A stretch of DNA of 47,167 nucleotides from Thermoplasmata archaeon (GTDB lineage Archaea > Thermoplasmatota > Thermoplasmata > Thermoplasmatales > Thermoplasmataceae): NCBI GenBank assembly GCA_021826765.1, contig JAKAYK010000001.1:1-47167 (forward strand). Reading direction: 5' to 3'. Shown here in pieces: positions 1 through 7,727 of the stretch. Both the position numbers and the translations under genes were made by a program. The notes beneath the pieces were generated by a model. That model was not told the origin of the DNA and did no database searches. It worked only from the letters and a program-made list of their open reading frames with translations. Numbering within the stretch: position 1 is the first letter of the stretch; every line of letters begins with the position of its first letter.

Positions 1-14
1 CTCATAGTGCTATT

Positions 15-404
15 ATGACAACAATTTATGGGCCAATAAAATTCATGGCTGATGAGTTTATGAGAAATGTTGGTGAAAGATCAAAGGAAGTGATGTCATA
101 CCTCTACCCTCCAATAAGAATGTATGAGGAAAATGAACATCTGATCATTGAAGCAGAACTCCCCGGATTTGAAAAGAAACACATTCATGTTAGAATTGAC
201 AGAAACACTGTAGAGATTTCTGCAAACAGGAAAACGGAGGAGAGAAATAACGTGTATATCGATCAGAGGCCTGACAAGATTTTCAAAACAATAAGACTCC
301 CCGTGGATGTTGAAACAGATGCCCAATATACTGCAAAATATGCTGATGGTGTTTTGATAATTACTGTGCCAATAAAGGGTTTTAAATCGATCAAAATTGA
401 CTAA
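15..404 (+). CDS. hsp20: Small heat shock protein, Hsp20/alpha-crystallin family
   Basis: 129 aa with alpha-crystallin motifs AELPGF-K-I and A-Y-DGVL-ITVP and a C-terminal IxI (SIKID). Confidence 0.92.
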   Translation: MTTIYGPIKFMADEFMRNVGERSKEVMSYLYPPIRMYEENEHLIIEAELPGFEKKHIHVRIDRNTVEISANRKTEERNNVYIDQRPDKIFKTIRLPVDVETDAQYTAKYADGVLIITVPIKGFKSIKID

Positions 405-451
405 AAAAATAATAACACAAACATATTTATATCATATTTTGATAGTGCAAT

Positions 452-772
452 ATGGATATAACATCTCTCCTCACTAATCCCTATGTGTTACTGTTACTCA
501 TTTTTGTGGACGGTTTACTGTTGGGGCTCGGTATAAAGAAAGGAGTGTGGTCAGTATTATTAATAATACTAGCCGTCCTGTTATCAGAATATATCAATTA
601 TTCAGTCATTCCATCTGCTTCTCTTTCTAGCTTTGAGACAAATGTGAGAAATCACATATATTACATCATAACTAATATCGAAAAAGTCCTCCCAGGAAAC
701 AGCACAACCACAATAAGTTTGTCTCTCGTGATATTTGCAGTGGGTTTTATAATAGGTTACCTTAAGGGTTAA
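452..772 (+). CDS. Small integral membrane protein of unknown function (about 3 TM)
   Basis: 106 aa with three hydrophobic stretches; TATA-like TTTATA about 25 nt upstream. Confidence 0.75.
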   Translation: MDITSLLTNPYVLLLLIFVDGLLLGLGIKKGVWSVLLIILAVLLSEYINYSVIPSASLSSFETNVRNHIYYIITNIEKVLPGNSTTTISLSLVIFAVGFIIGYLKG

Positions 773-774
773 AC

Positions 775-802
775 CGCTTTTCCTGAATGAAAAGCGTTAT
801 AT
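775..802 (+). promoter_or_regulatory. Putative promoter (BRE/TATA) with an overlapping 8-bp inverted repeat upstream of the ESCRT-like operon
   Basis: CGCTTTTC (775-782) N6 GAAAAGCG (789-796), directly followed by TTATAT (797-802), about 29 nt before ATG 831. Confidence 0.5.
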
Positions 803-830
803 CTCTTTTTATATTGATTAATTGATCCTT

Positions 831-1421
831 ATGGCCATATTCAAGAAAAAGAAAGAGAACGATCTCAGCACTGCTTCATCCGAGAGCATTGACAAGATGA
901 TTCTGGAAGCTGAAACGGATCTTTCAGTTCTGGAGAAGGAAAGAGACAGAAAAAAGAGAAGATATGACGATCTTTTTAAGGAAGGTGCAGAATCTTCTGG
1001 TGCACGAAGGGAAAGCATCGCACATGATCTGGAATTTGTTGAAAAAGAAATCTCAGATATTGACAGAAGGATGCGGAAATACAGAAAAGCTCTGGGCGTG
1101 ATGAAGGAGACAAAACGTGCCAAGGCAACTGGAACTGACAATATTGATAAAATAACTGAAGAGACAAGTGGAGTTCAACTGAAGGGTGTAATTACTAAAG
1201 GGCGTGTCAGGGAGAAATTCCAGGAAAACAAGATGAACCAGCTCGTGGAATCTATTTCTGACATTGATGCACTTGATGAGGAAGAAGAAACCAGTGGCAA
1301 ATACATGAAAATGTTTGAAGAGATGGATAGAAACAGGGAAAAACTGATGCCGGGTGAAACGGGCGAAACAAAGAATAATACCCGTGAAACAAAGGAAAAT
1401 TCAGAGGACTCCGTGGAGTGA
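831..1421 (+). CDS. ESCRT-III/Snf7-like coiled-coil protein (candidate 1)
   Basis: About 196 aa from ATG 831 (ORF track starts at 822). N-terminus MAIFKKKK, long charged helical hairpin, acidic C-terminal part (DALDEEEE); adjacent to a Vps4-like ATPase. Confidence 0.6.
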   Translation: MAIFKKKKENDLSTASSESIDKMILEAETDLSVLEKERDRKKRRYDDLFKEGAESSGARRESIAHDLEFVEKEISDIDRRMRKYRKALGVMKETKRAKATGTDNIDKITEETSGVQLKGVITKGRVREKFQENKMNQLVESISDIDALDEEEETSGKYMKMFEEMDRNREKLMPGETGETKNNTRETKENSEDSVE

Positions 1422-1427
1422 TAGGTC

Positions 1428-2648
1428 TTGGGCACAGACTATCTTGCCATAGATAATATAAAGAAGGTTATTTCCGAAGATATTAAGGCAGAGCGTTCCT
1501 CCGAAGAGGAGGGCGACATTACAAAGGCATCCTCTCTTTGCAAAGCAATCATTGGGAACCTGAAAATTGTAAGCGGGATGGATCAGAAGTACAGCAGCAA
1601 ATACAATGATATAATAAAAATCTGGGAAAAGAAGATCGTTGACATGGAAAGCGGTGCAAGAAGGTCTTCAAGAAGACCTGCGGGAGATAAATCCGGACCT
1701 GCGAAATCTGCTCCACCATCTGGAAAGGGAAACAATGGGCTCATAGGAAAAATGGAAACTGAATTCAGGGGAAGAATTGAGGCCCTGATCTCAAAGTCCA
1801 ATGTGAAATGGTCAGAAATTGGAGGGCTTGACCAGGAAAAAAATGCAATAATGGAAGCCGTTTTCTTCGCAATGGCCACTCCAGATGTGGACATAAACAT
1901 ACCAAAACTCAGGAATATACTGCTTTTCGGTCCTCCGGGTACAGGCAAGACAACCATTGCCAAGGCAATAAGCTCAAACATTGAGGCAACATTCTTCAAT
2001 GTAACCCTGTCCGAACTTCTTTCGAGATATGTGGGGGATTCAGAAAGGCTGGTGTCCGCGCTTTATGATACTGCAAGGGATATGTCCCCTTCCGTGGTGT
2101 TCATTGATGAGATTGAGTCCCTTGTCAGGAAGAGAGATGACAGCAACAGGAATTCAACCTCAGTGCTTCAGCAGTTCCTGGGACAGCTTGATGGTTTCAG
2201 CACCGGTGAGGATTTTGTGCTTACCGTTGCAGCAACAAACACCCCATGGGAACTTGATCAGGCAATCATATCAAGATTTGAAAAGAAAATATACATTGGG
2301 CTTCCTGACGAACCCACGAGAAAAAAAATACTCGAGCTTAACACCAAGTCAAAGGGATATCAGGTCAGGGTGGACCTTGGTAAAATAGCAGCCAAAACAG
2401 GAAATTTTTCTGGAAGAGATCTTTACTACCTGTGTTCTGATGCCATAAGGAATATGCTCAGAAGGGCAAACAATGACATTATTGAGAAACTGGATGGAAG
2501 CATTCAGAACGGAATGAAAGTGAACTACAGGGTATGGCCCCTTGAGGAACAGGATTTCCAGGATGCTATGAGCAAGACCAAGCCTGCAAGCGATGATGCC
2601 ATGCTGAACCAGTACAGTTCCTGGAAGAGCCGGTTTGCATCAAATTGA
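1428..2648 (+). CDS. vps4: Vps4/CdvC-like AAA+ ATPase with N-terminal MIT-like three-helix domain
   Basis: Single AAA module: NVKWSEIGGL, Walker A GPPGTGKT, pore loop LLSRYVGDSERLV, Walker B FIDEIE, SRH AATNTPWELDQAIISRFEKKIYIGLPD, meiotic-clade C-terminal helix DFQDAMSKTKPA...YSSWKSRF. N-terminal helical domain of about 70 aa plus a low-complexity linker. TTG start. Confidence 0.82.
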   Translation: MGTDYLAIDNIKKVISEDIKAERSSEEEGDITKASSLCKAIIGNLKIVSGMDQKYSSKYNDIIKIWEKKIVDMESGARRSSRRPAGDKSGPAKSAPPSGKGNNGLIGKMETEFRGRIEALISKSNVKWSEIGGLDQEKNAIMEAVFFAMATPDVDINIPKLRNILLFGPPGTGKTTIAKAISSNIEATFFNVTLSELLSRYVGDSERLVSALYDTARDMSPSVVFIDEIESLVRKRDDSNRNSTSVLQQFLGQLDGFSTGEDFVLTVAATNTPWELDQAIISRFEKKIYIGLPDEPTRKKILELNTKSKGYQVRVDLGKIAAKTGNFSGRDLYYLCSDAIRNMLRRANNDIIEKLDGSIQNGMKVNYRVWPLEEQDFQDAMSKTKPASDDAMLNQYSSWKSRFASN

Positions 2649-2657
2649 GGTGTATCA

Positions 2658-3269
2658 GTGATGAAGAAAAAAAATTCAGTGGAAGACCTGCTTGACATGT
2701 ATTCCAATGCAGGATTGCAGAGAGAGTGGGGAGTCGGTTTTTCAGCAATGTGGCAAAAGTTTGGATCAAAAAAATACACCGGCAGGAAAGGCATGGAGAA
2801 TATAACTCATGATCTGCAGGACATGTATGTCATAATGGAGAGGGGCCAGGAAAAAATACAATCTCTCAAGAAAACGGAAAAGGAGCTGGTGGAGAGAAAA
2901 CCTACGATGTGGGACATAAAGGTTGACACCATCAGAAAACAGATAGATGCCGAATCCATCTCATATCACCAGCTGGAACTCAGGTACAAGTTTCTGACAC
3001 TTATAAGGGCTATGTACTCCGTGATCTCCGGTCAACAGCTCTTATCAAACGTGGATAAATTCTTCAGCAACAGGAAGAACATGGATTCGATCAAATCTTC
3101 CATGCGAGGCATACTCATGAGTGAGATAGATCTGGAGAAAAACATGGATTCCATGAGCGTATATATGGATACTCTGAGAGGGAACCCCCAAAAGGCCCCC
3201 GTGTATATGAAATCTGCCCCAAATGTAGCAGAAGAGGAAGATACAAATGACAATGTGGATGTGGTATGA
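2658..3269 (+). CDS. Helical coiled-coil protein, possible divergent ESCRT-III (candidate 2)
   Basis: 203 aa, apparently all-helical and Met-rich; amphipathic segment FSAMWQKFGSKK; Pro-containing acidic tail; 9 nt after vps4. Confidence 0.5.
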   Translation: MMKKKNSVEDLLDMYSNAGLQREWGVGFSAMWQKFGSKKYTGRKGMENITHDLQDMYVIMERGQEKIQSLKKTEKELVERKPTMWDIKVDTIRKQIDAESISYHQLELRYKFLTLIRAMYSVISGQQLLSNVDKFFSNRKNMDSIKSSMRGILMSEIDLEKNMDSMSVYMDTLRGNPQKAPVYMKSAPNVAEEEDTNDNVDVV

Positions 3270-3805
3270 TGGGTATTCTCAACAGGAAATCAAAGGAAGA
3301 AATAGATATTGAGACTGCAATGAACATAAAGATGCTCAAGAAAAAATCTGAGGATCATGCGAAGAAATGCCAGAATATGGCTGAAATGTATTCTGCAAAG
3401 GCAATGGAAGCAAAGGAGATAGGAAACACCATACTTTACAATGATTTCATCCAGAAATCAGAGAATCTGAAGGAACAGGCAGCCAGGATAAAATCATTCA
3501 TACTCATTGTCCAGGACATGGAAATGATGAGATCCCAGTCATCTGTGATGAATGACTTCGCAGAAACCATGAAGACATTCATAAAATCCATGAATCATGG
3601 ACAGGTTAATGTTTCATGGATGGCAGGCATGGAGAGCGAACTTGACAAGGCAATACTGGAAAATGAGAAGGTTGGAGACTTTTTTGGAGACATGCTTCAG
3701 AATCTTGGAGAGGGCAAAATAAATGATGTAAAGCAGGGACGCCCGGATTCCACTGCAAAGAAAAAGAATGAGGATAAGGTTTCCAGGACAGAGGATGCTT
3801 ACTGA
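3266..3805 (+). CDS. ESCRT-III/Snf7-family protein, CHMP1/Did2/Vps2-like (candidate 3)
   Basis: 179 aa; MGILNRKSK N-terminus; AKKC...AKAMEAKEIGN matches the ESCRT-III alpha1-alpha2 turn pattern (K-A-K-GN); Met-rich alpha3-alpha4 (VMNDFAETMKTFIKSM); ATGA overlap with the upstream gene. Confidence 0.7.
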   Translation: MMGILNRKSKEEIDIETAMNIKMLKKKSEDHAKKCQNMAEMYSAKAMEAKEIGNTILYNDFIQKSENLKEQAARIKSFILIVQDMEMMRSQSSVMNDFAETMKTFIKSMNHGQVNVSWMAGMESELDKAILENEKVGDFFGDMLQNLGEGKINDVKQGRPDSTAKKKNEDKVSRTEDAY

Positions 3806-3968
3806 TATCTGAACATAACGTTTAAGTTATTTCTTCAGTTCTTTGCTGCACCCCGGGTTTTGCAATTTGTCCACGTCGAAAGAACTGTGGCTTTCCCTCT
3901 CATAAATTGCGCAAATTCAGGATTGGTTGTTTTTTGTGAAAATGATTTATTAGAAGATGCAATTACCT

Positions 3969-4172
3969 ATGATGAATGAGAATAATCTCATAAAGTTCAT
4001 GATTATAGGGCTGCTGATAGGCCTGATTTTTGGTTTCATTGGCTATATGCTCACCGTCGGAAACAATATCAAGATCATGTTCATTCTTTCATTGCCGGAA
4101 GGGGGCCTCATCACAGGCCTGCTTTATGGGGCTGTGCTTTTTGACAGAGAGTCTTATCCTGTCAAAAATTGA
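3969..4172 (+). CDS. Small 2-TM membrane protein of unknown function
   Basis: Two Gly-rich hydrophobic helices; start uncertain (3957, 3969 or 3972); 3' end overlaps the convergent GH31 gene. Confidence 0.6.
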   Translation: MMNENNLIKFMIIGLLIGLIFGFIGYMLTVGNNIKIMFILSLPEGGLITGLLYGAVLFDRESYPVKN

Positions 4173-6073
4173 AGCTTTGGCTTTTCCTTTTCCACGTCGA
4201 TCACAGTTATTCCCTTCATATTCCCAAGCCCTTCATTCACAGATTCTCCATCATATTCCACATCCACCCATTTTTCCCTGATGAATACCTTTCCACTGAA
4301 CCTGCCAAAGAACAATATTTTGCCTTCCGTCAGAAATACAGCTCCTTCCCTGAGGAAAATCGGCATTTCCCCTGAATACCGGATGAGGGATTCTCCTCCA
4401 TATATGTTTCCATCTTCGAGGCAGTACCATCTTCCTTCAGGAAGAATAATATTTCTCTCCCAAAGATCTTTTGAAAGCATAGGGGCCACAAGTATTTCCT
4501 CTCCAACCATATATTCATCATCAATACTGAAGTAACCATCACTTCCCGGGTAATTGAAGCTGACAGGCCTCAGGAATGCATCAAGATTCTCCACAGAGCA
4601 CGCTGCTTTCCACAGGAGATGCGGAATTATTGCATTCCTCAATTTTATGATCTTCCTGAACCTGTCCACATAAGGTTCCGGAAATGTGTACGGTTCGCTG
4701 TCAGATTCATGCTTTTCCTTGTGATTCCTGTATATTGGAAAGAATAATGCCATTAAATAGTATTTCAGGAGCAGATCCGGTTCTGTTTTTCCAAGGAAAC
4801 CTCCAAGATCACAACCCACGAAAGGCATTCCCGTAATGCTCATGGAAGTTATGAGTGGAATTTGAAGGGCCATATTCTCATAACCAGCCTCTCCATCGCC
4901 CGTCCACATCGCAGCATATTTCTGTATTCCGGGATATCCTGATCTTGCAAGAACAATCCTGTCATTTCCCACTGCAGCCTTGGTGATCTCTGCCTGCTCC
5001 AGGGCAAAAAGGTTGTGTATTTTCTCATGCCTGATCTTTTCTCCCTTTACTCTGTGCATCACATCATGATCGAATGTGCCCTTGCTGTTCTTCACAGTTG
5101 GCTCACTCATGTCAAGCCATATGCCATCAAAGCCATATTCCAGGAATTTTTTTACCTGGCGATGCCAGAATTCCTTCCCGTTCTCTGACAGGAAGTCGGG
5201 AAAAGCACTTGCTCCTGCGTGGGAATGCCCAATGTATATCTCTCCATTGCCTGTCTCGGCATATGAGCCAAGCCCATCAAGGAAGATTTCATCATTCTGA
5301 TCTATCTTTATGCCCGGATTGACCAGGGGTATGACTTTCACACCCATTTCATGGCAGTCTGTTATGAATCCTTTCATGTCTGGAAAATTTTCTCTGCTGA
5401 CGGTGAAGTTTCTGTATCCATCCATATAATCTATGTCCAGGTATATGGCCCCCACTGAATCTTTTCCGAAAACCTCAATATACTTCCTGAGAACATTCAT
5501 TGCAGATTCCTGTGGTGAATATGAATAGCGGCATATCTGGTGCCGGAACATCCATGCAGGGATTCCGGACGGATGGCCCGTTAAGTCAAGATATTTCCTA
5601 AGTATATCCCCCGGAGAATTCCCCGGTATAACATACATATAGAAATCGCCTGAATTCACCCTTATATTTATGTAATCATATTTCTCCACGCCAAAATCCA
5701 TCTTTATCATTCCCGGGTAATCAACGAAAATTCCTGTGCTCCAATTCCTGTTCACAATATAGAAAAATGGAATTGAAAGGTAGAGAGGATCTGAACCGTT
5801 TCTGTATCCATAAACATCTGTATTCCAGAATGCACTCTGCGTCCTTTTCTTCTCCACTGGCAATGCTTTTCCTCCGAGCCCCATTATATGGTCATCTGAG
5901 GAAAGTGGAATTTTCAATTCTGAATAACCTTCTGAAGAGGAGATAGTGAATTTTAGGGGAATTTCTCCCCCATCCACCTTTGAAGAAGCCCCAGCACTGT
6001 ATCTGGCGTGATCATGATTGTTTCCATAGCATACAGTGAATACACCATTTTTTTGATTCTTTGTGATCTCCAT
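4154..6073 (-). CDS. Glycoside hydrolase family 31 (alpha-glucosidase-like)
   Basis: DPLYLSIPF, YLDIDYMDGY, nucleophile motif GIWLDMSEP, acid/base WTGD, GCDLGGF, YMVGEEILVAP. Confidence 0.93.
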   Translation of the reverse strand: MEITKNQKNGVFTVCYGNNHDHARYSAGASSKVDGGEIPLKFTISSSEGYSELKIPLSSDDHIMGLGGKALPVEKKRTQSAFWNTDVYGYRNGSDPLYLSIPFFYIVNRNWSTGIFVDYPGMIKMDFGVEKYDYINIRVNSGDFYMYVIPGNSPGDILRKYLDLTGHPSGIPAWMFRHQICRYSYSPQESAMNVLRKYIEVFGKDSVGAIYLDIDYMDGYRNFTVSRENFPDMKGFITDCHEMGVKVIPLVNPGIKIDQNDEIFLDGLGSYAETGNGEIYIGHSHAGASAFPDFLSENGKEFWHRQVKKFLEYGFDGIWLDMSEPTVKNSKGTFDHDVMHRVKGEKIRHEKIHNLFALEQAEITKAAVGNDRIVLARSGYPGIQKYAAMWTGDGEAGYENMALQIPLITSMSITGMPFVGCDLGGFLGKTEPDLLLKYYLMALFFPIYRNHKEKHESDSEPYTFPEPYVDRFRKIIKLRNAIIPHLLWKAACSVENLDAFLRPVSFNYPGSDGYFSIDDEYMVGEEILVAPMLSKDLWERNIILPEGRWYCLEDGNIYGGESLIRYSGEMPIFLREGAVFLTEGKILFFGRFSGKVFIREKWVDVEYDGESVNEGLGNMKGITVIDVEKEKPKLQFLTG

Positions 6074-6143
6074 GGAATTATGAAATTATCAATGACTAAA
6101 AAGTATTTGATCCTGAAAGGAAAAAAATTTTAAAAGTAATTGA

Positions 6144-7610
6144 TCAGAATCCTGGCATTCCATTCACCAATACCCTGTCTCCAGAGTAATCCATGTACAC
6201 ATTCTTCAATTTCAGATATTCCTCAATTCCATATTTGCTCCCCTCTCCAGCCTGCCCTGTCAGTCTGAATCCTGTGTGGTAGCCCTGGGATGCCTCGGGC
6301 CCCGTCATATTTATGTACAGTTCCCCAAATCTGATCCTGTCTGCAGCATCAAGAGCGAAATCCATATCCGACGTGAAAAGGTACGATGCGAGGCCATACT
6401 TCGAATCATTTGCCTTATGAATGAGTTCATCCCTGTCCTCCACTTCCATGACACCGAGCATAGGGCCGAATATTTCCTCCTGGAACACGTCAGAATCCTG
6501 AGTCGCCCCTCCGATTATTGTGGGCTCAAAGAAAAATCCATTGCTGAATTTGCTTTCAAGATTTGGGACAGTCCCGCCATGCAATATGGAAAAACCCTGA
6601 TCCGTTGCTTTTGAAACGAAATCCTTCATTGTATTGACCGCACCGCTGTTTATAAGGGGGCCCATCTGTGATGTCTCCGGGTCTCCAACCTTCATCCTGG
6701 AAACCATATCCATGAATATTTTCATGAATTTTTCCCTCACGTCCCTGTGCACATACAGCCTCTCAGCTGCAATGCAAGACTGGCCCGCGTTCCAGAACTT
6801 TCCCCACATCAATGCCCTGGCTGCATTCTCAAGATTTGCATCCTTCCATACCATGAATGGGGCCTTCCCCCCGAGTTCCAGAATTGTCTTTGCCATGTTC
6901 GCTGATGTCTTTGATACTATTCTCTGACCTGTTTCAGTGGATCCAGTCATAGTCACAAGTGAAACCTTCCTGTGAGAAACCAGAAAATCGCCGATCTCAG
7001 AACCTTTTCCTGTTATGAGATTCAGGACACCTTTCGGAATGCCGGCATCAATGAATCTTCTCACTATCCATTCTGCGGTGAAAGGGGTATCACTGCTTGG
7101 TTTCACCACAACTGTGTTTCCGGTGGCAAGTGAAGGAGCAAGTTTTCTTGCGACCATGGCTGCTGGAAAATTCCATGGCGTGAGTGCGAGGACTACACCA
7201 TATGGCACTTTGTACTGGAATATTTTCTGTCTGTTCTTCTGGCCTTCCACCACATCTCCAGTGATCTTCCTTTCAAATCCGGAATAATAAAATATCTGGT
7301 CAAGAACGCCTGAAGTTTCCTCAACAGCCTGAGCCCTTACTTTTCCCGCTTCCCTCACAAGGATGTCTTCAAGCTCTTTCCTCCTTGATTCAATGATCTC
7401 CCCTGCTTTTCTTATGATGGAAGCCCTGTGGCTGGATGTTGTTTCTGACCATTTCCAGAAAGCATCCTCCGCTGCATCAATGGCTTCTCCTGCATCATTT
7501 TTTGTGGATGAAGGGAACTGGCCCATAAGTTTTCCTGTTGAAGGTTCAAGTTTTTCAGAATATTTTCCATTTTCAGATTCTTTCCACTGCCCTGCAATAA
7601 AATTTTTCAT
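6144..7610 (-). CDS. Aldehyde dehydrogenase, likely D-glyceraldehyde dehydrogenase (NADP+) of the non-phosphorylative Entner-Doudoroff pathway
   Basis: TPWNFP, KPSSDTP, TGSTETG, LELGGKAP, catalytic NAGQSCIA, EEIFGP; closely resembles the Thermoplasma enzyme as recalled. Confidence 0.9.
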   Translation of the reverse strand: MKNFIAGQWKESENGKYSEKLEPSTGKLMGQFPSSTKNDAGEAIDAAEDAFWKWSETTSSHRASIIRKAGEIIESRRKELEDILVREAGKVRAQAVEETSGVLDQIFYYSGFERKITGDVVEGQKNRQKIFQYKVPYGVVLALTPWNFPAAMVARKLAPSLATGNTVVVKPSSDTPFTAEWIVRRFIDAGIPKGVLNLITGKGSEIGDFLVSHRKVSLVTMTGSTETGQRIVSKTSANMAKTILELGGKAPFMVWKDANLENAARALMWGKFWNAGQSCIAAERLYVHRDVREKFMKIFMDMVSRMKVGDPETSQMGPLINSGAVNTMKDFVSKATDQGFSILHGGTVPNLESKFSNGFFFEPTIIGGATQDSDVFQEEIFGPMLGVMEVEDRDELIHKANDSKYGLASYLFTSDMDFALDAADRIRFGELYINMTGPEASQGYHTGFRLTGQAGEGSKYGIEEYLKLKNVYMDYSGDRVLVNGMPGF

Positions 7611-7727
7611 GTTTCTGAATCTACTTTATGTCATATATTATTTTCTTCTTAAATTGGTATTTATGCCATTTGATTTATTTTCCTTTCATTTGTGGAAATC
7701 TTTAATAAATACCAAACATATCATTTA

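Noticed and set aside
1428-2648. Calling the ATPase Cdc48/VAT, PAN or FtsH
   Set aside because: It has a single AAA module, no OB/coiled-coil or protease domain and no TM segment; TN-PW-LD and the C-terminal helix fit the Vps4/katanin clade.
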